The notes under the pieces were generated by a model that was given only the letters and a program-made list of their open reading frames with translations, did not search any database and had not been told where the DNA came from. A stretch of 62,380 nt of DNA, filler included, from Choristocarpus tenellus KU-1152 (lineage: Eukaryota; Protista; Phaeophyceae), in assembly GCA_964200185.2 (NCBI GenBank). It is 8 parts of 8 records of this genome, joined end to end, with 100 filler letters (N's around TTAATTAATTAA, not from the genome) between each part and the next. Parts side by side here need not be neighbours in the genome. Positions count along the whole stretch, not along the records: positions 1 to 6,238 come from CAXNAD020008598.1; positions 6,339 to 18,063 come from CAXNAD020002166.1; 6 more parts are not named here. One strand, given 5' to 3'. Made by a program: the position numbers and the translations under genes. The first letter of the stretch is position 1. Each line of letters begins with the position of its first letter. Below are positions 1-12,630 of the stretch, one piece after another.

Positions 1-25
1 CCCCCCCTCCCAGATACTTTGGGTC
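1..25 (-). mobile_element. MITE family B terminus, truncated at contig start
   Basis: CCCAGATACTTTGGGTC is the reverse complement of the GACCCAAAGTATCTGG terminus seen at 40324 and 54885. Confidence 0.75.
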
Positions 26-933
26 TGGAGCATGTCTACTTTAAATGTTGTTATCGTTGACACTACAAAAGCTGGTGAAAATATATTTATCTTCATGATA
101 TATGTCTGTGCTCATGTCTCTGAACAAACCAAAACCAAATTCCCACGTTCCAGGTGAATACAATCCCACCTATTACTCCCAATACTTTGATATCAACATC
201 GCCGTTACTCATGGCAAAGTAAGGAACTTCACCAGCACGCACTTTGAGCTAGTCAGAGTGGTAGTGTATGCCATCAAACCACAGATCCCCCTAACAAATT
301 GCACTTGGAAAGAACCCATAAGTCTTGATGCATTCCATAACAAAACGAGCTCTCCAGTTGGGAAAACCGAACTGGATAATCTTGACAGTACTTCCTCTGT
401 ACAAACCGCTATAGTCGTACCAGTTGAACATATTGTCTATATCGGCTCTACTAGCATATAAAATGTACCTCCAGATTCTCTAGAAATACTTGTGTGATAT
501 CCCGCTGTATGTTTTTTTGGTGGCTCCTTTGTTAGAAAGGGTACTTCCTTGAGCCCTAGTAGACTGAAAATATTCAGAAATGAAATCGGAATCCTGAGCC
601 ACCATCTCCTAGGAAATATTGTAGACTACTGAAATGTTTCTTGTGTGTAGTGTGTCTCTAACCCTAGCCCTACGTGCTTGCCGAATTTTAATTGACTAAC
701 GAGATGATACTTGTGTGTGTAGGTTGTCTTTAACTCTATCCCAGTGTTTTCCGAATTTTTAGGCACTGGAATATCTTTACTGTAAACGTGGATCATCCCA
801 AAAAACAAACTTTCAAAGATCAAACCACCGACTTCCCTCACTCTGGGAGACTTGTATAGTGAACGCCCTAGAAAACATCTCCCTGAAGTATACCTGCTCT
901 ATCTACCGCTATGTTACTGTTGCATATTTGTAG

Positions 934-3900
934 GCTGACAAATGGCTTGGCAAGTGAGAAAGAACGCTGGGGCCTTGAAATAGAGAATCTTCAAGCCAGG
1001 CAAGTGAAGTGGTGTTTTGTCACTGTCCCTCCCTCTAGGCAATCATGGAAAGCCCGTCTTTTGTTTGTCTTCAGCAAATCCAACAGCAAATCCAATGAGG
1101 GTGTCACTGAAAGAAAAAGGCAAAGGGAAGGTCCCCTCTTTGTAATGTTGTCTGAAACAAGCTATGGTAGTGGAGGCAACTGAGAACTTTGAAGCACATC
1201 ACTACCTATGATTTCCCTAAAACGAAGTATGTTTTAGGTAAAGGCTTAAAATGACAGTAGCCAATGTCTACTGCTGTAGAACCTACCCTCAAAGTTCTTC
1301 TACACACAGAAGCTCCCAGTCAAATGCTTCTAGCCTGACCTGTCCGCCTACAAGATTGAGATATTGAAGAGCAATCGAAATGAATTTTTCGTCCTTGCAG
1401 GGGTGCAAGCACAACTGGGGATGTTCTACTTGCCTCAGCATTTGTTAGCTATGCTGGTGCCTTTACCAAGGAATATCGGGAAGAGCTGTGGAGGAGCAGG
1501 TCTGTCTCTTGTGTACAAACTATGCCCCAAGGCAAGAAAGGCAACACTTTTGAAACAAACAAAAATATGTTGCTGCAGCAGGGAGTACAAGTGATAATAG
1601 ACTAAACATACTCAAGCAGTTTCAACCTCAGTATTTATACGGTGATACTCAACATGTTTCCACTTGATCATATTTTTTCAGGTGGCTTCCTGACCTTATT
1701 GGGCGAAATATTCCTCTTCGTGAGGGCCTGGAACCCCTACAAATGCTAACAAACGATAGTCAGGCAAGAAAGTGCAGAGACATGCAACAGCTACTTCGTA
1801 CATAATCGATTTGAAGAAGTTTCGATTGCTTGGCAGTACAGTGTGACCAAGCAAGAAGCAGTGAATGGTACAGGCTGGGACTTATCCAAAATGCTGAGTT
1901 ACCGAGAATACGATCTGAAGTCAATAGAATATATTATTTGCAACTTTCTAAAGCCATCGTTGAGTGCACCAGAGTTAAAGACAAAAAGATGTATTGACAA
2001 ATTCACCAAGGGTGATAAAAACAAAATGACAAAGAAGATCAGGCAAGATCTCCTTTTGCCCCTGTTCCAGAAGGATTTTTTTTAAATAGATGCTTCCACT
2101 GGCAAATGACATTGCTTGGAGAAAGCATCGATCCAGAGGGTCAGAAGCCCCTAGGAAAGTACTAGGGTACTTGGGGAATCGAGCTGCTGCTAAAACGATT
2201 ATTTGTGGATCATGGTGTTGTGTGGAAAACCCTTCAGTGCATTACAGCATGAGAAGTCGACCCCCTCAGTAATATCAAGAGTGTGTGAATACTTGTCATC
2301 GTTCTGTTTTATTTGAACTAGGGTAATGGGCCATCCTGTTGGTAGTAGGTTTGCTACATTCTTGACTTAGTGAAGAAGTATGAGCCAAAGTAAACGAGAG
2401 GTACCAAAGTTGCATTTTAAGGATGTTCAAAGATACGTACAAAATTCGGCATTATGCACAAATGACTATAGGAAATTTCCCAGTTCTGTCGAGAATGTTT
2501 GAACAAAGAAATCTTCGCTCTTGAATCAAAATTAGTACTTCGTCCATAGAATATGGGTGAATTTGAAAAGATCGAAACTGGTTTAAAATTCGAAACAACT
2601 AAAACCTGGGGACCTCTTGTTTACTTTTACTCTATTTAGATATTTTTCTAGAGTATAAGACCCTCAACCTGATGCAGTTGACCCAGTCTTGCAAAGAAAG
2701 TCATCACTTTAGCACGACCGGCACAACTCTAATATCTTTGGTAGATTTTCTCAATCTTATGGCCTGAACTGGTTCATTTCAGTGTGTATGTGTGTGTGTG
2801 CTGATTGTGTGATAACTATGCCCTTGTCTGTTTTTATCAACAGGTGAGATTACTCAAGGACTCACTCCTGAAACATAGCAAAATAGTGCATGGATTGCGT
2901 TCAGTAGGAATTCCGCCAATGTGTCGTCATGTGTTGTAACGTTTCCGCTGATTTTTTGTTGGAGGTTAAATGCCATAGCTTGTCGAAATTATGTCAAGTT
3001 GAGATGGAAACACACCAATACACCCTCGACTATGATCAAGTGCTGACCAGCAACTTCATCCATACCCTCTCTCAGTAACAGTTCTCTTTGTCCTTTCTGG
3101 GCTAATCCCTGTAACCAAGGAAGTATATTTGATCGCTCCAATTGCAATCTTGACGTTGCCCCATCCAAAACTTACCACGTTGTGACTTGGCTCCATAACC
3201 AGTTGGCCCACCTTATCCTAAGCACATTCTCCTGTGGCTAAGTAACATTGTGTACATATCCAGTGATAGCTTCAAATCAATTTCCTGCTTACTTTCCCTA
3301 ATTATTTCCTCCCACCAAGACTTACGAATGGTGATGCTGTACATTGTGATAAGAACACCTCACATTACTACATATAATTGTTTCCTTATGCACTACATGC
3401 TCTCTGAACGTCTAAAGGTGGCAGAGTGGCAGAATGAATCTCTGAGAGCCGATCAGATCAGTGTCGAGAATGGAAGTATAATTTGCCAGTGCCAACGATG
3501 GCCACTAATCATTGACCCACAACTGCAAGGCATCAGGCAAGTTTCTTGCAGTACATTAGTAGTTCTCTCTCCGTCGAATCTAGCTTACTTGCTATTTTCG
3601 GCTCAAGTATATGCTAACCGCCATGTCAATAAGAGATAGAGCTCCTATCTGAGGGTTAACAACCAAGGTTTTGTCATTCCTTCCCCCCTTTCTTTTAACT
3701 CTCAGTAGGAAAAGGAGGACGAGTCACAATGAGCTTCCCCTGCTAGTCCATACCTATCCAATATTTCTGAATGGACAAGAAATATCCCTAATTCAACATA
3801 ATCCAAAATACACAATGAGTATTCTGTGGCTGAGGGTGCTGACAAGCACACTCCCAAACTCGATCTTTCACATGCACGATGCTCTGTTCAGTGTATGCTT

Positions 3901-5421
3901 AGAGCATTAATGTTTGAGCTCCATTATTGCAATGGAAATTCTACTGAATGAACGTGTTCGTTCTTATTGGGTGTAGTTCACAGCTACAGCAATCCCAGTC
4001 CCATTGGAAAAGCAGTTGAAGAGAACCTAAAGTCGAGATCCACACTACCCTTTCTTCTGTCAGATGGCTCCGACACCATGAAGAGAATCGGACAATATCT
4101 GAAGGTCGCAAACTCCACATCATTCAGATGGGCGAGGTTGGTCAAAGTTGCTCATCATCCTCCTGCACCCACAGTAGTTTTTGCTTTCACACTTAGTATA
4201 TGGCGACACAATCCTTACACTGTACCTTGACGTCACACATATTTCCGGGACAACACAATCACTGATACTAGAGAGTTAAGAGATAACCTCGTTCCAAGTG
4301 GTACATCATATTTCTACATTTTCATCTGAGCAGACTTTCAAGGAATTAGATGTGTGTCTCTCATTCAATGTAGCTACTCTCGAATGTTTCAGCTATCCCC
4401 TCCCAGCAAGTAATCATGCTCGCAATCAATGACCACTTGATTTTTCGGTATTCCTTTTGTCTCTGTGATCCAAGGAACTCACTGAAATATTAGACCACCG
4501 CCACTATAGTCTTGTGCCTTCTTGCCACTCGTACTCTCTAACCCAAGCAGGCAAACTGGATGAACACAATTACTGGAGCAATTCGTGATGGGGATGTTGT
4601 CATTGTGGAGAATTGTGCACAAACCATTGATCCTGTCCTGAATCCTGTCTTGCAAGTAAGAAGTGAACCAGTCACCAGTGCCTATTGGTAAAAAGGGTTA
4701 ACTCAGAAATATAGCTAGGTATATTGTTGAGGAATTGTGCCCAACAAAATTACGATTGCACCATCCCTGCAATTATGCCTTCTACCAGAGCATCGATTAT
4801 CTGCAACAACATGAAATGAAGGCACAACTTCAGTATTTCTTCTTCTAATTTTATCATTTCAATCAAGCACAGCACGAGTCATATCTCTAGTTCACCATAT
4901 CCTCAAGTGGCAACTTAATATGTGATGTAGCTCAAATACGTTTCTCACCTTCTACACCTGAACTCCTGGGAACAGTGACAATCATACCATTGAACATAAC
5001 CACGAGCAACGTCTTGAGCAGCCAAAGCACTGGCAGGTAGAATATCTTGTCTTGAATATGATCATATTCAAGTAGAAGTTTACAGACAACCCAACCCCAC
5101 TTAATGTCAAAGCATAGATTGGAGGTAAAAAGTAGATTTAACCGTAACCTTGGCAATAGCCTCAGCCCCCCAGAACCTCAGTCCTTGAAGCCTAAAGACA
5201 TACCCACTCCAATCATAGATCCTAACGCCAATCTCTATTCCTGGGCCTAAAAAGCGTGCTGTATTCCGCAAGGGCAGCCACCTCTTCCTCCGCATGGGGG
5301 GAGAAGATTGCGAGTACGACCCATCCTTTCGTCTGTACCTTCAGACAAAACACTCAAACCCGCATTACAATCCTGAGGTATTCGCTACCTGCACCCTCAT
5401 CAACTTCATAGTAACGGAAAG
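934..5421 (+). CDS. Axonemal dynein heavy chain, internal fragment (end of stalk through AAA5), outer-arm DNAH9/11/17-like
   Basis: Phase-consistent exons 934-999, 1401-1499, 1682-1763, 3418-3536, 4064-4136, 4551-4655 and 5255-5421. They translate to RLTNGLASEKERWG...GDVLLASAFVSYAGAFTKEYREELW...VAEWQNESLRADQISVENG..CQRWPLIIDPQLQGIRWL...IDPVLNPVLQRAVFRKG...YDPSFRLYLQTKHSNPHYNPEVFATCTLINFIVTE, the hallmark dynein AAA5 region. The subfamily is a judgement by eye. The gene is truncated by both contig ends. Confidence 0.95.
2382..2632. mobile_element. MITE family D in dynein intron
   Basis: Terminal inverted repeats (TIRs) GAGCCAAAGTAAACGAGAGGT ... ACCTCTTGTTTACTTTTACTC, flanked by TAT/TAT 3-bp duplication. 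Confidence 0.8.
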
Positions 5422-6207
5422 GTAGGCAGGGGAACGTGAGAAGTGCAGGCCAAGGGCAAGAGGGAGTGTTGCTGTGCATCATACAATGTAGCTTACAATA
5501 TGCTTTTGAGGTAATGAACTACGTATACCAATTTCGGTGGTGAAAAGCTTGAAATCTATACGTTCTTTCTACAATATTAGGAAAGATGTTCAAGGTTAAA
5601 TTTAACAACTCAGACATATATGCACTCTCCCCTCTGAGGCCAGCTTACGTTTCATCGAGAATGATTTTGAGTTTGGAGGAAGCCATACTCTACTACAAAA
5701 TATTGACCCAAATACAATATAGCACATGCGCAAGAGACTTTGCTTTCTAGTTTGGACTCCTATCTGGCCTCTCACCTTGCCATGGGAAAATTTACCTCAC
5801 AGCACATGGATGGCTGAAGGAAGGGGGTAAGGGGGGGGTCATGTACTGTTGTTCCACTTGCAAACCCCCCTTCACTTATTGGGGTATCACTTTGCCCTTC
5901 CTGACAGAGATGTGATTTAATTTTTCCTGATGGATTCAATTAGGTTTTTTTTCATCCCCATTTCTGTGGGTGAAGTAGGTATCTATAAACTGTTGCCAAG
6001 ATTATTCTATGCTTCTTGCATTATCTTATAGTTTCTTAGAAAATGAGGACTTGTATGAGCCTTTGGTCCTGGTGTCGCATGCAGTTCCATGAGATATAAT
6101 GTATTGCATGCACAATTTCACTATGAAACAGTCATGAGTGCTCTGTGTTTATGCACTTCACTTTTGGATTGTGGTGCGCTCCAAGTCCAGAACTTCTGGA
6201 ATACTCA

Positions 6208-6238
6208 GGGTCAAAGTATCTGGGAGGGGGTAGCGGCT
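6208..6238. mobile_element. MITE family B terminus, truncated at contig end
   Basis: GGGTCAAAGTATCTGGGAGGGGG matches the family B TIR. A similar end (CCCCGATACTTTCAGCC) opens the next contig at about 6370-6387. Confidence 0.7.
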
Positions 6239-6338
6239 NNNNNNNNNNNNNNNNNNNNNNNNNNNNNNNNNNNNNNNNNNNNTTAATTAATTAANNNNNN
6301 NNNNNNNNNNNNNNNNNNNNNNNNNNNNNNNNNNNNNN
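6239..6338. other. Artificial contig spacer
   Basis: 44 N + TTAATTAATTAA (stop codons in all six frames) + 44 N. Confidence 0.99.
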
Positions 6339-7012
6339 CCCCCGGTTCACCCCCCCCCCCCCCCCCCTCCCCCCGATACTTTCAGCCCCAGTGCCCGAAC
6401 AATATTCCTCTTCTCCCCACGCACACCTTGGAATTAGGGTTGCACAAATCAAGGAACATAGACAACAACGACTTGCTATTGACCACTGGCACTATAGTTG
6501 TACAGGTGCTGGAGGAATGGCAAGTGCTTATCAGACTAGGGTAGTGCATGCTGAAATTGTTAGTACAACCCCCAACAACACTGACAATGAAAACTTGGCT
6601 GTCTGCTAAGGTTGCAGCTCCTGAGGCGATTGAACTCGATGAATGATGTGATCATTGACAGATAGGTGTAGATGCAGTGAAGAATTTTTAAGGTTTGGTT
6701 TGTTAGGACTTTTACAATCATAACTGGGATGAGTTGTAGAGGAAACAGAAGGGATGTGGATACCATGGTGTAGAGTGTTGTCACAGGAAGGGAAGGTGTT
6801 GAGAATGTGTGCTGCGACACACATAGATACCACTTGTCAAGTTAAGGGGATTCTTTGGAGAAGCAAATCAATCATGCCACAAAATCCCACTGACACAATA
6901 GGTGCAACAGTTCATCACATATTTGTACTGTAGCCTTATCAGTAAAATTTGATTATTATTTCTGTTCAAGATACCCTGCTGGAACACAACAGAGTAGATA
7001 TGGGTGTGTCTG

Positions 7013-7116
7013 TTTGTTAAACATCGAGATATCACTGTTCCACAAAGGCCACGACTACCTGCCTTGGTGGAGCAATATCTGCCTTAGTGTAACAATGGTA
7101 TCTCGATTTTTGACAA
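7013..7116. mobile_element. Small TIR element (about 30-bp inverted ends), copy 1
   Basis: TTTGTTAAACATCGAGATATCACTGTTCCAC ... GTGTAACAATGGTATCTCGATTTTTGACAA. Confidence 0.6.
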
Positions 7117-7324
7117 GGTATAGCTTCTTGTGGGATTGAATCCTGACTAGACCACTTTCTCAACTCCCTGCAGCAGGAGGATAAAGATAAAAATAGAAAA
7201 TGAAAGGGGGTCTGGGGGCACAGACTTAGTGGGAAAAGCAAAGATTGAGACGGATCACTTGGGGAGAGCGCACGATTAGCAGGATGGCAGCACCAATCAT
7301 GCCGTGTAGGTTCTCAGTCTCTGA

Positions 7325-7442
7325 TTTGTTAAACATTGAGATACCGCTGTTCCACTTGGACCGGAAGCCACGCCCATTGTTCCATTGGGGCAGAAAGTCA
7401 TGACTCTGTGTCCTGGTAGAACAGTGGTATTTCAATGTTAGA
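7325..7442. mobile_element. Small TIR element, copy 2
   Basis: TTTGTTAAACATTGAGATACCGCTGTTCCAC ... GTAGAACAGTGGTATTTCAATGTTA. Same TIR as 7013-7116 with a different interior. Confidence 0.6.
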
Positions 7443-7461
7443 CCACGTGCCTGGAGCCTGT

Positions 7462-7730
7462 GAGATGTGCATTGCGCCCGCTTGTATTTAGCTATTCAGC
7501 TAGAGTGTAGAAACCAAATACTGATGCTGGTGCACAATATTAATCCAATACATCATGAAAGGACACATGTTCTTGTTGCATCACCATCATCATCCAGGGT
7601 TCATTGAACAAGCAAGAGCATGTTTCCTACAATGATATATTTTGTTAGGAGTGGGCATACCAGTGCCAGTGTTACGATTTCTGCACCAGATTGAATAGCT
7701 AGACACAGGTGGGTGCAATGTATACCTCCC
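7462..7730. repeat. Old, diverged inverted repeat (about 130-bp arms)
   Basis: 7462-7590 (GAGATGTGCATTGCGCCCGCTTGTATTTAGCTATTCA...) aligns to the reverse complement of about 7603-7730 (GAGGTATACATTGCACCCACCTGTGTCTAGCTATTCA...). Differences are mostly transitions. Confidence 0.6.
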
Positions 7731-8449
7731 ATGTTCCATGCAAGTATCAATCCACATACTCCTATTGTATACCCAAGGGGTATCTTCAACAGAAGCAGTA
7801 GCAACAATATTCTACTGACTGGACTACAATACAAATCTGAGATACTCTTTTGTGTCTATTGTCTCAGTGGGTTGTATAACACCATTGGTTAGCTAATCCA
7901 AACATCCTCCACAACTCCACCAGTGGTTTCTATGTGTCACAACACCTATTCCCAGCACCCTCCATCGCTTTGACAACATTATACAACATACTATCCACAG
8001 CTCTCTTTGTAACCCATGCTACTCATGATGGTAAATCCAACAAGTCCTCACCAAAATTCTTTCAAGGCGCCTGCACCTAATCCTCAAACTGCATGCTATT
8101 CCAAAGTCTCAGTCGAGAAAACAACAGTTGTGCCATCCAACTCATCCTTTAGAGCAGTAACTCTAGCAAACAGATCTTCAAAGTTAGTCTTGTCAGGAAC
8201 TGTTCCACCAGTGTCAGCATGATGTCCTGGTCAAACAAGAACTTGCCATCCCACCTTTTGTATGTCTTCAATATGGCTTGTTTAAGAGGAAATTGTTGTT
8301 GTCTACTTTGCTTAAAAATTTAAATACCAGTGACTACTGCACTTGCAGATGGCAATGAATATCATTAGGACAATGAGCCTTCCCATGCCCTAAGCCAGCA
8401 CACCCACCACATCGAATATTGGAATCCTTGATCTTCCTGCCTGTATTAG

Positions 8450-8890
8450 AACGACTAGCATTCTGATTTTCAGCTCTACTGTTTTGCTACTGGTGCTCTT
8501 TTGTTCATGGGAACACTTCTCTTCAAGTGACCAACCTTTCCACACCTGTAGCCCTGGATCCCTGCCTTCCCCTGTTCTACCTTTCACCCAGTACTGCCAA
8601 AGTGTGGCTTCAGTCCTTTGACCCTTGCCTTCCCTATCTTGAAGGTCTTGGTACCTTGACTCGATCATGTTCCCATCTCCTGCAGAGTCCTCTCCTGCTT
8701 GCTGCAGTCAATTTCAGGTACTGTATCACCAAAGGAACAACATTCCAGTCGTTTCCCCAAGTTTGGGGCAATGAGCTCTGAGTTTGAGATCTTGAACTCC
8801 AGGAAAGACAAGCACATAGCCAAGGTGTCCACTCTGTCTTCTTTTCAGAAAGCACTCATTCACCAAAGCCTCTCATGTGTCACTAGGTGA
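8450..8890 (-). pseudogene. Degenerate retrotransposon gag relic (probably Copia-like)
   Basis: The minus strand gives IESRYQDLQDREGKGQRTEATL followed by a decayed zinc knuckle IQGYRCGKVGHLKRSVP at about 8510-8560. Stops and frameshifts are present. Confidence 0.45.
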
Positions 8891-10428
8891 GCCTTTTCTT
8901 GTGAGAGTAAGTCCTGGACGGTTCAGGAGCACTCAGGTCAGCAATGACTAAGCCTTACTGCCCTTTGGCATTTATTTGGCATCTGCCTTCCTACACCCTT
9001 TGTGGGAGTTTCCTGCACGCATTTTTCACACCCCTGGACTCCAAAAGCAGTCTGTCCGCATCAGTAGCTTTCTTGTGGGGGCTCTTCGCTGCCCACCTGA
9101 TGGATATCCACCCTAGACAATGATGGAGAATTTTACATCACTATCCCTCTCCAACCAATTCATAGTCCAAGAAGCCCCGTCCCGCACACAATCTGTGGAC
9201 ATTATAGGGCATCCTCAACCGGTTGACCCATGATCCCTCACCCAACTTCAAATTCACCTCAGCTAGGCCCTTGTCTTGGACAAGAAGATAGCACAACAGG
9301 CTAGGACCCACAATTTGCCGGGAGAGGCACGATGTTGAAAAACCACACTTTAAATCCCAAAATGGGTACTACAGGAGGATGTCTGGAGCAGAAATAGACC
9401 GGTGGGGTTTCATTGTCTCGAGGAGAATACCCCAGTGGGATGCTGTCAAGCCTCATGCACTTTGAATCACTATGGTAGAATAAATTCTGGGGCTGGCGTT
9501 TGTCTCCCAATTTGAACAAACTCCTGGGAAGTCCTGATGGAGGGCTAAAGGTGATGTCTGTAAAGCTACAAAGGAGAGCTAGACTTGTTTGTTACATGAG
9601 CTCCAAAGTGGCACACAGTCAAAGTTCTCCACATATATTCGAGGATTAGAGGTACTAATCAAGGACATATTCGCATGAGAGTTGTGTCATAGCAACCGCC
9701 AATACACAGGTGTGCTTCCTGCAATAACATGTTGAATTTCAGGCGTCAAAATAGAGAAAAAACCAATTACTACTACATTTTGAAGGAATACTTGTAGGAT
9801 TGTTGATTGCTCAAGACCAAGATTCAAGTCAACAGCATGGTGGGTCAACTCTTCTCAGGATGTGGAGGCAAGGGAGGCAGGCAGGGTGGGAGAGGTGAGC
9901 AGAGTTTGAAGCAATACAATTTGAAGACTTGAGTAGTACAAAACCCAAGATGCATTTGAGAGGCATCGTCACTAAATGAACAACATTGTGGGATATGGAT
10001 GTCAAAGATAGGGATATTGCCAGCACAAATAATTATCACCTCAAAGGTAGGAGGCTAGTGGTTAGATACAGCTATGGTGAGGCCAGGCAGGGATTCACAA
10101 TTCCACCTCCTGTATCCCCCAAAAACGTTAACCTAGATCTACGGACATTGAAACATTTATACTCTTGGCATTCTGTTGGGACCCATTGAACTTGGATGTT
10201 TGATGCCTCCCATGCACAGCATAACATACGTAGGAAACCTCTACATGTTTGTCAGAAGACTTTCTGCCCACACCTATCGCATTTCATCTATTACACTTTT
10301 AGGTCCAAAATACAACTGCCCCTCCCCTCTCTCCCCCCAATTCATCTAACATATAGCATTAGGAACTGCAACACACACAAACAACTTGTACTTGTACTAG
10401 ATAGGCCCATTAAGCTCCCACCACTTAC

Positions 10429-12385
10429 CACTGTCCCTTTCAAAGGTTGTGGTGACCACATATGGCTTAATGTGTGGTCGAAAGGGCAGGTTCACTCTTC
10501 CAGCCAGTCTCCACTCCACCACAATTGTGGCAGACTCTCCTTCCTCCCCACCATTGCTATCACCCAGCCGTACAGAGATCACGTCACACCTGCAAGGACA
10601 CCGCCAGAAATACAGCACAAACTCATTGAGGCATCAGGGTGGTATTGAATACTAGAATGTTGTGTGGAGGGTCAATTATGTCTCCACTGGGTCCTGCCCT
10701 ATGTTATGGCAGAGCCTCGTGTCTCACACTCCCTGGGAATCAAAGATGTCAGATCCCACATTCCTATCAAGCTACACAATAATGCCAACTGCCCCACTGC
10801 ACTTTGTGAATGTCCACACGGCCATAGTGCCATGATAATACACCATTTAAAGTAGGATACAGACAAGGAATACAGTTCAACAAATCATCTCATGAAGGGC
10901 ACTGCAGCACTTGTGCTGATAAAAACACTTCTGTCATAGTACATTACACTATTTTGAGGAATAACTTCATGTACTCCAGTAGTCCATATATAAAATCCTT
11001 TGTGCAGCATTAACTAAGCATCCCAGTCTAACCACGTGTTAACAGAACTATTCTACTTGGTGACCTGTTGATAATTCATCACATCTCATAGCCTCAATAG
11101 CCGTCCTGGACTGCGAGTACTATCTGTTCAAGCACGGATTGCTATTCTAGGTGCACTTGGATGTGGTAGGCCTTATTCAGAAGGAGACAATATTAATGGC
11201 ATCTGATTAAGAAACATTCACCACTCTATATACTGAGGAAAACATTCGGACACGCGAAATTTTGTATCCTACCAAGCCAAGTCTTTCCGAGGTATTCAGT
11301 GTGCAATTTTTACTTTGACAAATACATGGTCCCTAGCTAGCGAGTTCCCTATCCCTCTCATCTCACCTTGACTCCTGTTGGTCAAACAGTTTAGCAACAC
11401 CTTCGGCGTATTTGGCCACACCTGTCAGTGACACCTGAAAGGAAATTGTTAAGTGAACAGAGCACATAGAGGGGGATGCAATGGGATATCACCAGAACAG
11501 CTTGGTGCCTATTGTGCAATCAAGTTCCCAATGTGCCTGCCTAGAGTGACATGTCAAGATGGGGGGGAAGCGCTGGGAAAGACCCAAGAATCCCTCGTGG
11601 GCATTGTGTCGCAGGGCGACACACAAGTGAGAGCACTTCTCGAAGTGTGCCATCCATGTTCAGGGTCAGCGACACGGTAAAGGGATAAAACTATAGGAAG
11701 TGAAGGGTGAACTTTGAGTCAAATGAAAAATCGTAATGGAACATGTGGATATTTCACACCCTCGTCTTCGGCTTGCACACCTGAGGGTCAGAAAAGTAGA
11801 AGTCGTCGCTGAAGAAGCTGGCGTCAACTTTTCCAGTTACGAACCACCCATTACTTCTAAGTCCAGATTCAACCAGGTTGGCCATGTCGTCAGCGGAGAG
11901 TCCCCTTTTCTTGGACTCGGGACTAGTATTGAAGACCTTTTGCATCAGGTGGAACCGAGATGCAGTGAGGGTGCTTTGCTGATAAATTGGAAAGTAGACT
12001 AGGCTATACAAAGAAATAAGGCGTGCACACAACGTGTCGTTCGACCGGATGTGCTGAGTAGGACATTCACTCGACTATCCATTGCCATACTTGCCAGGTT
12101 AGCGGCACTGGGCTGCTCACGGGGCTTATTTGGAAGAAACCGTCCCAAAAATGAGGTGAGAGGGTCGGCCTTATAGTCCCTCCCTTCCTCTCCTTGACTG
12201 TCGGGTTGCCCTCCCATCTTCAACTCTATACATCTTGCTGGCATGTTGCTGGATAAGCATTTTGGATGTCGAAATGGACTCTTCGTGTATGCGACTGTGT
12301 TGTGCCAATTGTTGAGACTGCGGAGAGCGTTTGAGTTCGCTAGCAGGGTGGCTAACACTGCAACACACACTCCAAAAGAGTGCAT
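10429..12385 (-). CDS. SnoaL/NTF2-like (DUF2358-type) protein with N-terminal signal peptide; last exon(s) not found
   Basis: Exons 12385-12095 (probable GC donor), 11936-11781, 11434-11367 and 10589-10429 are phase-consistent. Translation: MHSFGVCVAVLATLLANSNAL...GWFVTGKVDASFFSDDFYFSDPQ|VSLTGVAKYAEGVAKLFDQQES|RCDVISV...IVVEWRLAGRVNLPFRPHIKPYVVTTTF. Confidence 0.8.
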
Positions 12386-12630
12386 CTTTTAGTGATAGCA
12401 CTATTTATACACTCCTATAAAAGATGATACATTCCTATAACAAAAAGGGGTGTTCATGACCAACGTGGAGGTGTGGCGGTTCAAACGACGACATGACGTT
12501 TGAAATACAACATGTTCATTGTTGATCTGTAGTTGAAGCAAGGTCGAAGGACTACGTGATACCTTAGACCTGGGTTTGTACTCCTTTTGCGAGCACGGTG
12601 TATGTGAGAGTGGGGAATAGCGAAGGATCA

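Noticed and set aside
6283-6294. Recurring palindrome TTAATTAATTAA (seven times) as a biological motif
   Set aside because: It is always centred in exactly 88 Ns, so it is an assembly or concatenation linker.
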